This document shows, in pieces, positions 36,091-48,187 of a stretch of 64,000 bases of DNA. Each line of letters starts with the position of its first letter. The stretch's first letter is position 1. Made by a program: the position numbers and the translations under genes. Source of the stretch: an uncultured Desulfobacteraceae bacterium (GTDB lineage Bacteria; Desulfobacterota; Desulfobacteria; Desulfobacterales; Desulfosalsimonadaceae); contig CAZRES010000004.1 of the NCBI GenBank assembly GCA_964598885.1, positions 5,545 through 69,544 of the forward strand, in the 5' to 3' direction. Under the pieces are notes generated by a model that worked only from the letters and a program-made list of their open reading frames with translations, did not search any database and was not told the origin of the DNA.

Positions 36091-38088
36091 ATGCCTGATT
36101 TTGAACTCGTCACCGAAATGATTCCCCGGGGGGATCAACCCGCCGCCATTGACGCTCTGGCGGCCGGAATCGCGTCCGGGAAAACGCACCAGGTTATGCT
36201 GGGAGTCACCGGTTCCGGCAAGACCTTTACCATGGCCAATATCGTGGCCCGAGCGCAAAAACCGACCCTGGTGATCGCGCCCAACAAGACCCTGGCGGCC
36301 CAACTCTACGGCGAATTTAAATCCCTGTTTCCCCACAATGCCGTGGAGTATTTCGTCAGCTATTATGATTATTATCAGCCCGAAGCCTATCTGCCGGTCA
36401 GCGACACGTATATCCAGAAGGATTCTTCCATCAATGAAATGATCGATAAAATGCGGCATTCGGCCACGCGTTCGGTTCTGTCGCGCCGGGATACGCTGGT
36501 CGTTGCCAGTGTATCCTGTATTTTCGGGCTCGGCGCACCCGAGGATTATCTGGCCCTGCGGGTGGATCTGGAAACCGGCATGGCCATCACCCGGGAGCAG
36601 CTCCTGGCCAAACTTGTCGAAATTCAATACCAGCGCAATGATATTGATTTTCATCGCGGCACGTTTCGGGCAAGGGGGGATCGGGTGGAGATTTTTCCGG
36701 CATATGAGGAGGACCGGGCCGTGCGGGTGGATTTTTTCGGCGATGAGATCGACGTCATCGAGGAATTCGATCCGCTGACCGGAAAGCGCTCCCGGTCCTT
36801 TGACCAAATGACCGTTTATCCCGCCTCCCATTACGTCACCCAGAAGCAGACCCGTAACCAGATTCTCCAGCGGGTGAAGCAGGAGCTGAAAGAACGCACC
36901 GACTGGTTTTTTTCGAACAACAAGCTTATTGAGGCCCAGCGCATCGAAGAGCGAACCCTTTTTGACCTGGAAATGATTCACGAAATCGGCTACTGCAACG
37001 GCATCGAAAATTACGCCCGTCATATTACCGGACGTGAAGCCGGCCAGCCGCCGCCGGTGCTGCTCGATTATTTTCCGGAGGATTTCCTGATATTTATTGA
37101 TGAAAGCCACATCACCGTTCCTCAGCTCAGGGGTATGTACAAGGGCGATCGGTCCCGCAAGGAAACGCTGGTGCAATACGGGTTCCGGCTTCCCTCGGCC
37201 CTGGATAACCGGCCGTTGCGGTTTGATGAGTTTGAAAACAGGATATCCCAGACCATTTTTGTATCCGCCACACCATCCGAATATGAGCTTGAGCGATCCA
37301 GAGGCGCTGTTATCGAACAGATTGTCAGACCCACCGGGCTTATCGATCCCAGGATTGAATTCCGACCGGCCGGCAACCAGGTGGATGACTTGTTCGCGGA
37401 GATCCGGCGGCGCGTGGAAAGCAAAGAGCGGGTTCTGATCACCACCCTGACCAAGCGGATGGCCGAAGACCTCACCGATTATTACGCGGATCTCGGTATT
37501 GCCGTGCGGTATCTCCATTCGGACATCAAAACCCTGGAGCGGATCGATATTATCCATTCTCTCCGACTGGGCGAATTCGACGTTCTGGTGGGGATCAACC
37601 TTCTCCGGGAAGGCTTAGACATCCCGGAAGTGTCTCTGGTGGCCATTCTCGACGCCGACAAGGAGGGATTTCTCCGGTCTGCCCGTTCCTTGATCCAGAC
37701 CTGCGGACGGGCCGCCCGCAATCTCAATGGCATGGTGATCATGTATGCGGATACCGTAACCCCGTCCATGCGGGAGGCGGCCGAAGAAACCGACCGCCGC
37801 CGGAAGATCCAGGAGGAATTCAACCGGGTTCACGGGATTACGCCGACCTCCATTGAAAAGAAAATATCAACAACGTTTGTCATGGCCGATTATCCGGTTT
37901 CCGAACAAAAACAACTCCAGGTGGCGGAAAAACTGGCCGCATATTCCTCTACCGATGATCTGGAACATCTCATTGAAGGGATGGAAAAAGAAATGAAGGA
38001 GGCGTCCCGGAGCCTCAAGTTTGAACGCGCGGCCCAGTTGCGGGATCGGATCCGGGAGCTGCGGGCCATGTTTCTGGTGGCTTCCTGA
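36091..38088 (+). CDS. uvrB: Excinuclease ABC subunit B
   Basis: 665-aa ORF with [12 protein letters not shown], a DESH-type box ([11 protein letters not shown]), and the C-terminal UVR motif [15 protein letters not shown]. Confidence 0.97.
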   Translation: MPDFELVTEMIPRGDQPAAIDALAAGIASGKTHQVMLGVTGSGKTFTMANIVARAQKPTLVIAPNKTLAAQLYGEFKSLFPHNAVEYFVSYYDYYQPEAYLPVSDTYIQKDSSINEMIDKMRHSATRSVLSRRDTLVVASVSCIFGLGAPEDYLALRVDLETGMAITREQLLAKLVEIQYQRNDIDFHRGTFRARGDRVEIFPAYEEDRAVRVDFFGDEIDVIEEFDPLTGKRSRSFDQMTVYPASHYVTQKQTRNQILQRVKQELKERTDWFFSNNKLIEAQRIEERTLFDLEMIHEIGYCNGIENYARHITGREAGQPPPVLLDYFPEDFLIFIDESHITVPQLRGMYKGDRSRKETLVQYGFRLPSALDNRPLRFDEFENRISQTIFVSATPSEYELERSRGAVIEQIVRPTGLIDPRIEFRPAGNQVDDLFAEIRRRVESKERVLITTLTKRMAEDLTDYYADLGIAVRYLHSDIKTLERIDIIHSLRLGEFDVLVGINLLREGLDIPEVSLVAILDADKEGFLRSARSLIQTCGRAARNLNGMVIMYADTVTPSMREAAEETDRRRKIQEEFNRVHGITPTSIEKKISTTFVMADYPVSEQKQLQVAEKLAAYSSTDDLEHLIEGMEKEMKEASRSLKFERAAQLRDRIRELRAMFLVAS

Positions 38089-38096
38089 GGATAAAC

Positions 38097-39932
38097 ATGA
38101 ATAAAGTCATTGCGGAAAAACTGGCGGACATACCCACCGCTCCGGGCGTCTATCTGATGAAAGACATGGGGCAAACGGTGATTTACGTGGGCAAAGCCGT
38201 CAATCTCAAAAGCCGGCTTTTCTCCTACATCGGAGCCGAATCCCGTCCGGATGCCAAGACCTCGCTTCTGGTGGAAAAAATCGCGGATGTGGAGACCATT
38301 GTCACCGCCACCGCTCAGGAAGCCCTGATTCTGGAGGCCAACCTGATTCGGCGTTACAAACCGGCTTATAATGTCATTTTAAAAGACGACAAGCGCTATC
38401 CTTCCCTGCGCCTGGATATCAGCGCACCCTATCCCTGCCTCCAGGTGGTGCGGAAAACCCGTCGGGACGGAGCGCTCTATTTCGGCCCCTATGCCTCGGG
38501 TCTGGCCCTTCGCCATACTCTGAAACTCATCAACAAGGCGTTCAAGCTCAGAAAATGCCGGACACCCGAAGTCCGGAAACGGCCGCGGCCCTGTCTGAAT
38601 CATCAGATGGGGCTTTGTCTGGCCCCGTGCAGTCTGCCGGTGGATCCGGCGGTCTATGCCGATATGGTAGACCAGGTGCGGCTGTTTTTAAGCGGCCGGC
38701 CCCGGATATTGATGGATAAACTCAAGGCCGACATGCAGGCCGCCGCTGATCGCCAGGAATTCGAGCAGGCGGCATGGCTCCGGGACAGACTTTTTGCCGT
38801 AGAGCAGGTGGTGGAAAAACAGGACGTGGTGGTCAATGATTTTATAGACCGCGATGTGGTGGGTCTTGCAAGGGATAATGGCAGAGCGATGGTGGTGGTC
38901 CTGTTCATCCGGGAAGGACGGCTCATAGGGGTTCGACATTATCCCGTTCGGCAGGCCGTGGCCGGCGATGCCGACATTATCGGCGCGTTTTTCAAACATC
39001 ATTATCAGCAGACCCATGATGTTCCAACAGAGGTTCTTGTCCCCGTCCATTTGGAGGATGCCGGAATTTACGGGCATTGGCTGTCGGACATGAAAGCGCG
39101 AAAGGTAACCATTTTTTCACCGAAAAGAGGGTCCAGGATGCGTCTGCTCCACATGGCCGCGGAAAATGCCGCGCTTCGGCTGAAGACATTCGTGGATGCT
39201 GAAAATTCCAGCGAGGCCCTGCTGGAATCCGTGCGGCGGCATCTAAAGCTGGAGCGTTATCCAAGGCGCATCGAATGTTTCGACAACTCCGGGATTTCCG
39301 GAACAAACCTGGTGTCGGGAATGGCCGTGTTTATCAGCGGCCGGCCTGATCCGGCTTCCCATCGGCGTTATCAAATCCGGACGGTCGCCGGTGTGCAGGA
39401 TGACTACGCGTGCATGAAGGAAGTGCTCTTCCGCCGGTTCGGCGGGGCCTGCTCTTCAGGGGAAATGCCCGACCTGCTCATGGTGGACGGCGGAAAAGGC
39501 CAGCTTAACATCGCTGTATCGGTTCTTAATGAGTTGGGCCTGGATCAGGAGATGGACGTGATCGGCATCGCCAAGAGCGACGGGACCGAAGGCGCCGGCC
39601 GGGACCATATTTACAAGCCCGGCCGGGCCAATCCCCTTAATCTGACCCGGCAGGCCGACGTGATGTATTTTCTGGCGGCTATCCGGGATGAAGCCCATCG
39701 CCTTGCCGTGGCCTTTCATCGAAAGACCAGAAGTCGATCCGCCCTCCGCTCCCGGCTGGATTATGTTTCCGGCATCGGTCCGAAACGAAAGGCGGTCTTG
39801 TTGAAAACATACGGCGGCATCGAGAATATTGCCCGGGCCTCCATCGACGAGCTGTCGGCCTTGCCGGGAATGAACCGGAAAATCGCTTCCCGCCTGCTGA
39901 CCGCTCTTTCGCTTACCGGTGATGCGCCATAA
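38097..39932 (+). CDS. uvrC: Excinuclease ABC subunit C
   Basis: 611-aa ORF with a GIY-YIG N-terminus (GVYLMKD...VIYVGKAVNLKSR), the UVR motif FEQAAWLRDRLFAV, and a C-terminal HhH (GIGPKRKAVLLK). Confidence 0.95.
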   Translation: MNKVIAEKLADIPTAPGVYLMKDMGQTVIYVGKAVNLKSRLFSYIGAESRPDAKTSLLVEKIADVETIVTATAQEALILEANLIRRYKPAYNVILKDDKRYPSLRLDISAPYPCLQVVRKTRRDGALYFGPYASGLALRHTLKLINKAFKLRKCRTPEVRKRPRPCLNHQMGLCLAPCSLPVDPAVYADMVDQVRLFLSGRPRILMDKLKADMQAAADRQEFEQAAWLRDRLFAVEQVVEKQDVVVNDFIDRDVVGLARDNGRAMVVVLFIREGRLIGVRHYPVRQAVAGDADIIGAFFKHHYQQTHDVPTEVLVPVHLEDAGIYGHWLSDMKARKVTIFSPKRGSRMRLLHMAAENAALRLKTFVDAENSSEALLESVRRHLKLERYPRRIECFDNSGISGTNLVSGMAVFISGRPDPASHRRYQIRTVAGVQDDYACMKEVLFRRFGGACSSGEMPDLLMVDGGKGQLNIAVSVLNELGLDQEMDVIGIAKSDGTEGAGRDHIYKPGRANPLNLTRQADVMYFLAAIRDEAHRLAVAFHRKTRSRSALRSRLDYVSGIGPKRKAVLLKTYGGIENIARASIDELSALPGMNRKIASRLLTALSLTGDAP

Positions 39933-39943
39933 GCCCCGGTGCT

Positions 39944-40930
<987 letters not shown>

Positions 40931-41155
40931 TTACACTGAAACCGTTTCGGCAAGTCAATAAATATTTTGAAAACGCATGTTCGGGTTTATCTGCCCGAAC
41001 TGTGCGGCATTTCAAAGGATGCGGATAAATACGGAACTTGACATTTGGACCGGTTGGAAATAGAGATTAGAACAATTACCATAGAATTGAGTATTTTTCA
41101 CCGAATCCACCAGCGGATGGCGCACCATGTCTCGACATCATGCGATAATGTTTAA

Positions 41156-43843
41156 ATGAAACCGGAGAAATCAAAAAAAGCGATGTTCGGCGGGTTTTTC
41201 GGCGACAGGACCATGGCGAGGGATTTGACCGCCAGCCTGGTATTGATGGTGATCATGGTTTCCCTGATGACCATATGTGCCAGTTATCTTTATTTATTGC
41301 GCCAGGAAGAACGCCGCCTGGAGCAACTGGCCGAAGAATATCTGCTTTATCTGACCGACAGTCTGGAGCTTCCGCTCTGGACGTTGGATTATGACAGCGT
41401 CGCCAAGATTGCTGATTCCTATTTTGCCAATAATCTGGTGGCGAATCTGAAAATAACCGAACAGCATTATAAATCGCCCCGGGACTTTACCGTTCAGGTG
41501 CTGTTTTCCAAGTCCAAGTCGCCGGGAAAAGACAATGTTGTGGCGGCTTCCGAAGTTCGTCATGAAGGCCGAAGTATCGGCCATGTCGAGATCGGGTTGA
41601 CGCGCCGCGTGTATCAGGAGAATCTTAAACAGCTGCTGCAATCCAGTTTTTTAACCCTGCTTCTGATTATTTTATCATTGGTTCTGGTAACCAGTATTTT
41701 TCTGCGGTTATTCATGAAAAAACCCCTGGACGTTCTGATGCAGGGGATTCAACAGATTTCCATGGGAAAATATGATTATCGGTTTCCGCCCGCCAAACAG
41801 AAAGAAATTCGGTTGATCGTCTCCAATTTTATGGAAATGGCCGGCCAAATACGCCGCCGGGAAACAACGCTGGCGGCACTGAATCGTCAATTGGAAGTCG
41901 AAATCCGGGAGCGCCGAAAAGTCGAAGATGCCATTCGCGGCAACGAGGCCCAGCTCAGAGCCATTTTCGAATCTTCGGTGGACGGGATCCTTGTGGTGGA
42001 CAATTATCGAAACATCATTAATGCCAATAAACGGGTTTATCAGCTTTTGGGACTCCCGGATGAATTGCGGCATCACCGCTCCGAGGCGGACCTGATCGAG
42101 TTCCTGGCAGATCAGGTGAAAAATCCGGATGATTTTAAAACAAATACGGAAGCTTTGTATGCAACCGATTTGATACGGCTGGATGAAATATTTTTCAGGA
42201 ACGGCCAGGTGTTCGAACGATTTTCATGCCCCTTGAAGCAATCCGGCGCTATTATCGGCCGGGTCTGGAATTTTCGGGATGTCACCGACCGGAAACGGTC
42301 CATGCGGGCCTTGCGGGACAGTGAGGAGCGTTTTCGGCAATTGTCGGATGCCGCCCTGGAAGCCATTACTATCCACGACAACGGCGTCATTCTCCAAGTC
42401 AATCAACAGTTTTTGAAAATGTTCGGATACAACCGAAGGGAAGTGCTCGGAAAACGACAATTTTCGGATATTGTGGCCCCGGCGTTTCGGGATGAGCTGC
42501 CTATCAAAAATATCGCCGATATGGGGTTTCTGGAAGTCCAAGCCCTTCGAAAGGACGGGAACCGTTTCCCTGTGGTCATACGCAATCGCAGCATGACGTA
42601 TTATGAGAAAAATGTGGTTGTTTCCGTTATCCGTGATATTTCCGACCGGAAAGCCGCCGAGAAGGAAACCCGGATCCTGCGGGAAAAACTGGCCCTGTCG
42701 AAAAAAATGGAAGCTCTCGGCCTTTTAGCCGGCGGCGTGGCCCATGACCTGAACAACATTCTTTCCGGAATCGTCAGCTATCCGGAACTGCTGCTGATGA
42801 AACCGAACCTGGATGAAAAAACCCGCAAAGCGCTAAGGACCATTCAGGAATCCGGAGAACGGGCCGCTGCCGTGGTCAATGACCTGACCACCATTTCCAG
42901 GGGGGTGGCCTCTAACCGGGAAGCGTTGAACATCAACAATGTGGTCAGGGAATATCTGATTTCGCCGGAATTGCAAAAACTTAAAACGCATCATCCGGAC
43001 GTTAGAATCAAAACGGCTCTCGACCCGGAGCTGTTTAATATCGTCGGTTCGCGGCTTCATATCCGTAAAAGTCTGATGAATCTGGTGATCAATGCAGCCG
43101 AGGCGGTGGAGAAACAGGGGAAAATCGTGATATCCACCAGTAACTGCTATCTGGATAAACCATTAGCGGGTTACAGTGACGTCCAGATGGGAGAATATGC
43201 TTTGCTATCGGTTGCGGACAACGGTCCGGGCATTACCACGGAGGAAATTGGCAGGATCTTCGAGCCGTTTTACACCCGGAAGGTCATGGGCCGCAGCGGT
43301 ACGGGCCTCGGGCTGACCGTGGTATGGAACACCCTGCAGGATCACGGCGGCTATATCAATGTGATCAACCATCAACAAGGCACCCGATTTGACCTTTATT
43401 TTCCGATCACCCGCGAAAGCGTCGGTGATAGCGCATCCCGATTACCTCCGCAAGCTTTCCAGGGCCGGGGAGAAACGATTCTGGTAGTGGATGACGAGCA
43501 GAACCAGCGGGAGATCGCCTCACAGATGTTGACGGCATTAGGCTATAAGGCGGTGGCGGTTGCCAATGGCGACGAAGCTCTGGATTATGTGGCAAAACAG
43601 CCGGTGGATCTGATTTTGCTCGATATGATCATGCCGGCGTCTATGAGCGGACTGGAGACCTATCAACGCATTGTGCAGCAGTATCCCGGACAAAGGGCCG
43701 TGATCGCCAGTGGATTTTCCGTGACCGAAGACGTGGCAGCGGCTCAAAAGGCCGGAGCGGGCGAGTTTGTAAAGAAACCCTATAGCATCGAAAAGTTGGG
43801 AAGCGCCGTCAGAAAAGAACTGTCACGGAATGTGCCTGCATAA
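41156..43843 (+). CDS. Hybrid sensor histidine kinase / response regulator (TM - periplasmic region - TM - HAMP - 2x PAS - HisKA - HATPase - REC)
   Basis: 895-aa ORF. It has two hydrophobic segments, PAS-like blocks (LRAIFESSVDGILVVD; FRQLSDAALEAITIHD), the H-box GGVAHDLNNILSGI, G-boxes DNGPGI / GTGLGL, and a receiver ILVVDDE...DLILLDMIMP...KKP. Confidence 0.9.
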   Translation: MKPEKSKKAMFGGFFGDRTMARDLTASLVLMVIMVSLMTICASYLYLLRQEERRLEQLAEEYLLYLTDSLELPLWTLDYDSVAKIADSYFANNLVANLKITEQHYKSPRDFTVQVLFSKSKSPGKDNVVAASEVRHEGRSIGHVEIGLTRRVYQENLKQLLQSSFLTLLLIILSLVLVTSIFLRLFMKKPLDVLMQGIQQISMGKYDYRFPPAKQKEIRLIVSNFMEMAGQIRRRETTLAALNRQLEVEIRERRKVEDAIRGNEAQLRAIFESSVDGILVVDNYRNIINANKRVYQLLGLPDELRHHRSEADLIEFLADQVKNPDDFKTNTEALYATDLIRLDEIFFRNGQVFERFSCPLKQSGAIIGRVWNFRDVTDRKRSMRALRDSEERFRQLSDAALEAITIHDNGVILQVNQQFLKMFGYNRREVLGKRQFSDIVAPAFRDELPIKNIADMGFLEVQALRKDGNRFPVVIRNRSMTYYEKNVVVSVIRDISDRKAAEKETRILREKLALSKKMEALGLLAGGVAHDLNNILSGIVSYPELLLMKPNLDEKTRKALRTIQESGERAAAVVNDLTTISRGVASNREALNINNVVREYLISPELQKLKTHHPDVRIKTALDPELFNIVGSRLHIRKSLMNLVINAAEAVEKQGKIVISTSNCYLDKPLAGYSDVQMGEYALLSVADNGPGITTEEIGRIFEPFYTRKVMGRSGTGLGLTVVWNTLQDHGGYINVINHQQGTRFDLYFPITRESVGDSASRLPPQAFQGRGETILVVDDEQNQREIASQMLTALGYKAVAVANGDEALDYVAKQPVDLILLDMIMPASMSGLETYQRIVQQYPGQRAVIASGFSVTEDVAAAQKAGAGEFVKKPYSIEKLGSAVRKELSRNVPA

Positions 43844-43980
43844 CCAAGTGATAAAAATTTCTTGAGATAATCGATCATAAACGGTAAACAATTAAAATAT
43901 CCAAAAGATTGTATGTACGTGACGATTATTTTTGGAGATGTTCCATCACCTTCGATTCTGCGATAAATTCAAGGCAAAAA

Positions 43981-44898
43981 ATGGATTTAATAGGGAAAAT
44001 CAAGTTGGCTTTTAAAGAAGCGGAGATTTATCGCCGCCAGGGCCTGCTTGATGAAGCTCTGGATAAATATAAAGTCATCGAAGCACAGATCAAAGCCAAC
44101 CGCAATATTCGGCAACGGGGAGCTTTACTGAAAAAAATCGCTTTTATAATCGACGAACTGAATCAGAAGCTCAAGCGCAGCAAAGTCCCCGATCCTCCGC
44201 CAAAGGTTTCGGAAGATGCCCAGGCGCTGATGAAAGACATGTTTACTTTCGATGACCCGGAAATCAAGGGGTCATCGTTGCTGGGAGGCGCCATTGCATT
44301 GGCCAAATTCGGTCAATATGAAAAAGCCATAGAGGAGTTCAACCGGCTGCTGGAATATGAAAAATTTCGGGTGGAAGCGGCCAAAAATATCCTGTGGTGC
44401 TGGATGCAACAGAAATATTTGGATTACGCTGTTTCGTTGTTTCAGAAATGGCAGAAAATGCAGTTTTTTGAGCCCAACGAGGTAGAATTGCTGCGGGAAT
44501 ATTTTCAGGAAATGTTGACCGCCGCCGGCATTCAACGCGATATCGGCGGGGTTGCCCTCCAGAAAACCATTGAACCGGATTCGGAAATCAGTGATGACGA
44601 GATCCTTGATATTTCCGCCACCCGCTTTACCCTTCCCCGGGGAGGCCGAGAGGGCGAGTCAGTGGAATTCGAGGTCAGTTTTCAGTCAGGAAAATACATC
44701 CAATTTATTATCCCCAAAAAAGAAAAGGAGTTGATCAACGGGCTGAAGCCGGGGGACATGCTCAAAGATATTGTGTTTTATTCACCGGTGGCGATTTTTT
44801 CGGGCATCGGGTTTCTGTCTACCAAAAAGGCGATCGAGGCGGGGCCTAAACGGGGGGATTACAGTTTTTCCATTAAAATTATTGATATTAAATCATAA
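43981..44898 (+). CDS. TPR-like helical protein with a beta-rich C-terminal domain (function unknown)
   Basis: The internal ATG at 43981 gives MDLIGKIKLAFKEAEIYRRQGLLDEALDKYK. A second TPR-like unit is GGAIALAKFGQYEKAIEEFNRLLEY. The C-terminal ~100 aa (FTLPRGGREGESVEFEVSF...YSFSIKIIDI) looks like a beta-barrel but lacks a canonical PilZ RxxxR/DxSxxG motif. Confidence 0.6.
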   Translation: MDLIGKIKLAFKEAEIYRRQGLLDEALDKYKVIEAQIKANRNIRQRGALLKKIAFIIDELNQKLKRSKVPDPPPKVSEDAQALMKDMFTFDDPEIKGSSLLGGAIALAKFGQYEKAIEEFNRLLEYEKFRVEAAKNILWCWMQQKYLDYAVSLFQKWQKMQFFEPNEVELLREYFQEMLTAAGIQRDIGGVALQKTIEPDSEISDDEILDISATRFTLPRGGREGESVEFEVSFQSGKYIQFIIPKKEKELINGLKPGDMLKDIVFYSPVAIFSGIGFLSTKKAIEAGPKRGDYSFSIKIIDIKS

Positions 44899-44958
44899 TT
44901 GACGGTCTCATAAAAACACATCGGGATCAGCCCGCGCGGTCAAGGGAGATGGATTGTA

Positions 44959-45576
44959 ATGGCGGTCATTAATTTGAAGAACCGGCAGATTGAGTGCAAA
45001 CTCGTTTATTACGGACCCGGTCGAAGCGGAAAGACCACCAACCTGGAATATATCAACAGAAATTTTACCAAGCAGGTGGCCGGAAAGATGATATCCATCG
45101 ATACGGAAGGCGACCGGACTCTCTTTTTTGACTTTCTGCCCATCGGGCTGGGCAAGGTCAGGGGATGCGATGTTCGTGTTCAGCTCTATACCGTACCGGG
45201 ACAGGTGAAATATCGCGCCACCCGCGAGTTGGTTTTACGGGGCGCGGACGGGATTATTTTTGTTGCGGATTCCCTGACGGTTCGACGGGAAAAAAATATG
45301 ATGTCATTAAAGGATCTGCATGAGAATCTGAAAAAACTTGGAATGGATATCCGTAAAATTCCGTTGGTGCTCCAATATAACAAGCGCGATCTGGGAAAAA
45401 CGGGTTTGCCGATCATGAGTGTTGAGAAGATGGAGCGTGAACTCAATCGTCAATTGAAAGTCCCGTCATTTCCCGCCAGTGCGTTAAATGGCCAGGGTGT
45501 GGGAACCACATTGACGCAGACCATCAAGTTGATCTTGCAGTATCTTCAAAAAGAATTCAAGTGGGCGAGCGGGTAA
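44959..45576 (+). CDS. MglA-family Ras-like small GTPase
   Basis: 205-aa ORF with KLVYYGPGRSGKTTNL (P-loop), DRTLFFDFLP, LYTVPGQV (MglA-type switch II), QYNKRDL (NKxD) and PASAL. The stop shares one nucleotide with the next ATG (TAATG at 45574-45578). Confidence 0.88.
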   Translation: MAVINLKNRQIECKLVYYGPGRSGKTTNLEYINRNFTKQVAGKMISIDTEGDRTLFFDFLPIGLGKVRGCDVRVQLYTVPGQVKYRATRELVLRGADGIIFVADSLTVRREKNMMSLKDLHENLKKLGMDIRKIPLVLQYNKRDLGKTGLPIMSVEKMERELNRQLKVPSFPASALNGQGVGTTLTQTIKLILQYLQKEFKWASG

Positions 45577-46751
45577 TGAACAAATCAAACATCGTATTAA
45601 AAGGAAGCCTGAGTTTCATCAATCTGGGCGAATTGTTGCAGATCCTCGGCGGGAACACGGCTACGGGCATTCTTAAGCTGACGAGTCTGTATGCGGTCAA
45701 TCCTGGATATATCTACATGGAAGAAGGCAATCCCGTTAATGCGGAAAATGCCGAACTGCAGGGACAGGACGCGCTCAATTCTCTTTTCGGGTGGATGGAT
45801 GCGCAGTTTGAATTCATCGCCGAATCGGTGTCTTCCCAGAAATTGATTAAAAAGAATCGCATGGAATTGATTTTAGACGGATTGCGCATGGTCGACGATG
45901 GCGCCGTGGAAAAACTGGGCCGCGCAAATGTTCCGCAGCAGACTCATCTGGTCACAAACGATGAATCCGAACTTCCGGTGGTCCGCGGTCCCCTGATCGA
46001 CTATATATACGTGGTGGATGAAGAAGAATTTGCCAACGGCAAGGAGATCGTTATCCAGGAAAAATACGGCAACTGGCTCTGGGTGATATTAAAGGGAACC
46101 GTGGAAGTGATCCGCCTGATGCCCGAAGGCGTTGCCCGGATCGTCCGGCTGGGAGAAGGAGCTTTTGTCGGCAGTCTTGAATCCATCGCCGAAAGAGGAT
46201 ATATGCGAAACGCCACGGTTATGGCGGTGGAACGGGTGCAATTGGGCGTTCTTGATTTTGTGCGTATTTACCGAGAGTTCGTGAATTTGTCGGAACAACT
46301 CAAAGCCCTCCTGCTCTCTCTTGACAAACGATTTAAGCAGATCACCACCAATTGCGCGGATGCCCTGATGAACCATGTGCATGCGGCCGATATCAAAGAG
46401 CTGACCCCGTTTATCACCGATAAACAAAACGAGGAAAAGGTATTTCAAATTACCGCAGGACAGGCCAAGATCGTCCGCAGGGATGGCAAACAGCTGATCG
46501 AGTTATGCCGGTTATCAACAGGCGATGTGATCGGCGACGTCCCTTTTTTGAGAATTTCCCATGAGCCATTTTCCGCGGAAGTTTATGTGGATGATTCCTT
46601 CAAGACGGCCGACATCGATCTGGCCGTTATCAAAGAGGAATATGATTGTCTTTCCGCTACGCTGATGAACATGGTACAACATACCGTAACCTGTACATCC
46701 GTGACAACTCAGCGGATCATTGACATATATAAAAAATATGCCGATGATTAA
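45576..46751 (+). CDS. DUF4388-like N-terminal domain protein with one or two cyclic-nucleotide-binding-like (CAP effector) domains
   Basis: MNKSNIVLKGSLSFINLGELLQILGGNTATGILKL shows the DUF4388 pattern. The beta-roll-like segment GNWLWVILKGTVEVIRL...LGEGAFVGSLESIAERGYMRNATVMA resembles the FGE...RSAT cNMP motif. A second, more degenerate copy is STGDVIGDVPFL...FSAEVYV. Confidence 0.65.
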   Translation: MNKSNIVLKGSLSFINLGELLQILGGNTATGILKLTSLYAVNPGYIYMEEGNPVNAENAELQGQDALNSLFGWMDAQFEFIAESVSSQKLIKKNRMELILDGLRMVDDGAVEKLGRANVPQQTHLVTNDESELPVVRGPLIDYIYVVDEEEFANGKEIVIQEKYGNWLWVILKGTVEVIRLMPEGVARIVRLGEGAFVGSLESIAERGYMRNATVMAVERVQLGVLDFVRIYREFVNLSEQLKALLLSLDKRFKQITTNCADALMNHVHAADIKELTPFITDKQNEEKVFQITAGQAKIVRRDGKQLIELCRLSTGDVIGDVPFLRISHEPFSAEVYVDDSFKTADIDLAVIKEEYDCLSATLMNMVQHTVTCTSVTTQRIIDIYKKYADD

Positions 46752-46863
46752 CCGGACGGCCATTTCGGCGACGTCGGCGACCTGCGTGTTCCCGGTGGGC
46801 TGAAATTTTGAGATATGGGGTTTCGTCAGTACGGATCTTATTTAATCGATAAGGAGCCTGGCA

Positions 46864-47211
46864 ATGACTGATAACAAGCGGAAGCATGAGCGGTATGATT
46901 CGTTAAATTTGTTGACGTATGTGTGCGTGGATACGGATGGCAAGGCCTGGACCCAGGGAATGGGGCGGACATTGGATATCAGTGAAAGCGGGCTTCGACT
47001 GGAGACCCATGAACCCATCGATACGAAGTATGTAATGCTTCTCTCCCTCGGCATTGAAGATGAGGTTGTTGACGTAAAGGGAAAAGTCGTTTACTGCAAC
47101 CGCGGGGATGAAGGAAAGTTTGAATCCGGTATTTTATTTACGCATCCCAGACCCGATGACATGGTGATACTGAAGAGATATATCCAGGCCTTTGAAAAAC
47201 AATACGGATAA
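46864..47211 (+). CDS. Stand-alone PilZ-domain protein (predicted c-di-GMP receptor)
   Basis: 115-aa ORF with the canonical PilZ motifs RKHER (RxxxR) and DISESG (DxSxxG). Confidence 0.85.
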   Translation: MTDNKRKHERYDSLNLLTYVCVDTDGKAWTQGMGRTLDISESGLRLETHEPIDTKYVMLLSLGIEDEVVDVKGKVVYCNRGDEGKFESGILFTHPRPDDMVILKRYIQAFEKQYG

Positions 47212-47284
47212 TTTCCTGCCGCAGAAGATGGCGGTCGGGAGCACATGATAAAAACCTAACGCATGATAATGAAATGGAAGGAAG

Positions 47285-48187
47285 ATGAAAGACCCTGTTG
47301 CTGTTTATGAAACCGATTTTCCGGAATTGCCGTTGGTAAAGCGCGGAAAGGTACGGGACCTTTACGACCTGGGGGATGCTTTTCTGATGGTCGCCACGGA
47401 CCGTATTTCCGCTTTTGACGTGATTATGCCCAATCCCATTCCCCAGAAAGGGGAAATCCTGACCCAGATATCGTTGTTCTGGTTTGATCGCATGGCGGAA
47501 AGTGTTCCCAACCATTTGATCTCGAGTAATGTCAATGAATATCCCGACGTGTGCCGGCCCTATGCGGATGCGTTGCGGGGCCGGAGTATGCTGGTGCGCA
47601 AAGCCAAGCCCCTGCCCGTGGAATGCGTGGTCCGCGGTTATATCTCGGGTTCCGGTTGGCAGTCCTATCGGGAAAACGGCACGGTCTGCGGCATCATCTT
47701 GCCTCCGGGTCTGAAGGAATCCGACCAACTTCCCGAACCTCTGTTTACGCCGTCCACCAAGGAAGAATTCGGCGCCCATGATATTAATATCGATTATGAT
47801 GAAGTGGTGCGCCTGATCGGCGCCGATTCCGCTGAAAAGGTCCGGGATCTGAGCATCGCGCTTTACCGCCAAGGCGCGGCATATGCTGAAACCAAAGGGA
47901 TCATCATCGCTGATACCAAATTTGAATTCGGTGTTTATGATGATCAGTTGATTCTCATCGATGAAGTTTTGACTCCGGATTCCTCGCGATTCTGGCCGAA
48001 AGACCGCTATCAGCCCGGCGGTTCCCAGGAAAGCTTCGACAAGCAGTACCTGAGGGATTATCTGGTTTCCATTAAATGGAACAAAACTCCTCCCGCGCCC
48101 GAACTTCCGGTCGAGGTTATTGAAAATACCCGTCGGAAATACCGGGAAGCGCTTTCTTTGTTGACCGGAAATCCGGATGCGATTTAA
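47285..48187 (+). CDS. purC: Phosphoribosylaminoimidazole-succinocarboxamide (SAICAR) synthase
   Basis: 300-aa ORF with [23 protein letters not shown] and [10 protein letters not shown]. Confidence 0.95.
   Translation: MKDPVAVYETDFPELPLVKRGKVRDLYDLGDAFLMVATDRISAFDVIMPNPIPQKGEILTQISLFWFDRMAESVPNHLISSNVNEYPDVCRPYADALRGRSMLVRKAKPLPVECVVRGYISGSGWQSYRENGTVCGIILPPGLKESDQLPEPLFTPSTKEEFGAHDINIDYDEVVRLIGADSAEKVRDLSIALYRQGAAYAETKGIIIADTKFEFGVYDDQLILIDEVLTPDSSRFWPKDRYQPGGSQESFDKQYLRDYLVSIKWNKTPPAPELPVEVIENTRRKYREALSLLTGNPDAI

Noticed and set aside
36082-37557. 491-aa minus-strand ORF
   Set aside because: It is entirely antisense to uvrB, whose identity is unambiguous. It is a shadow ORF.
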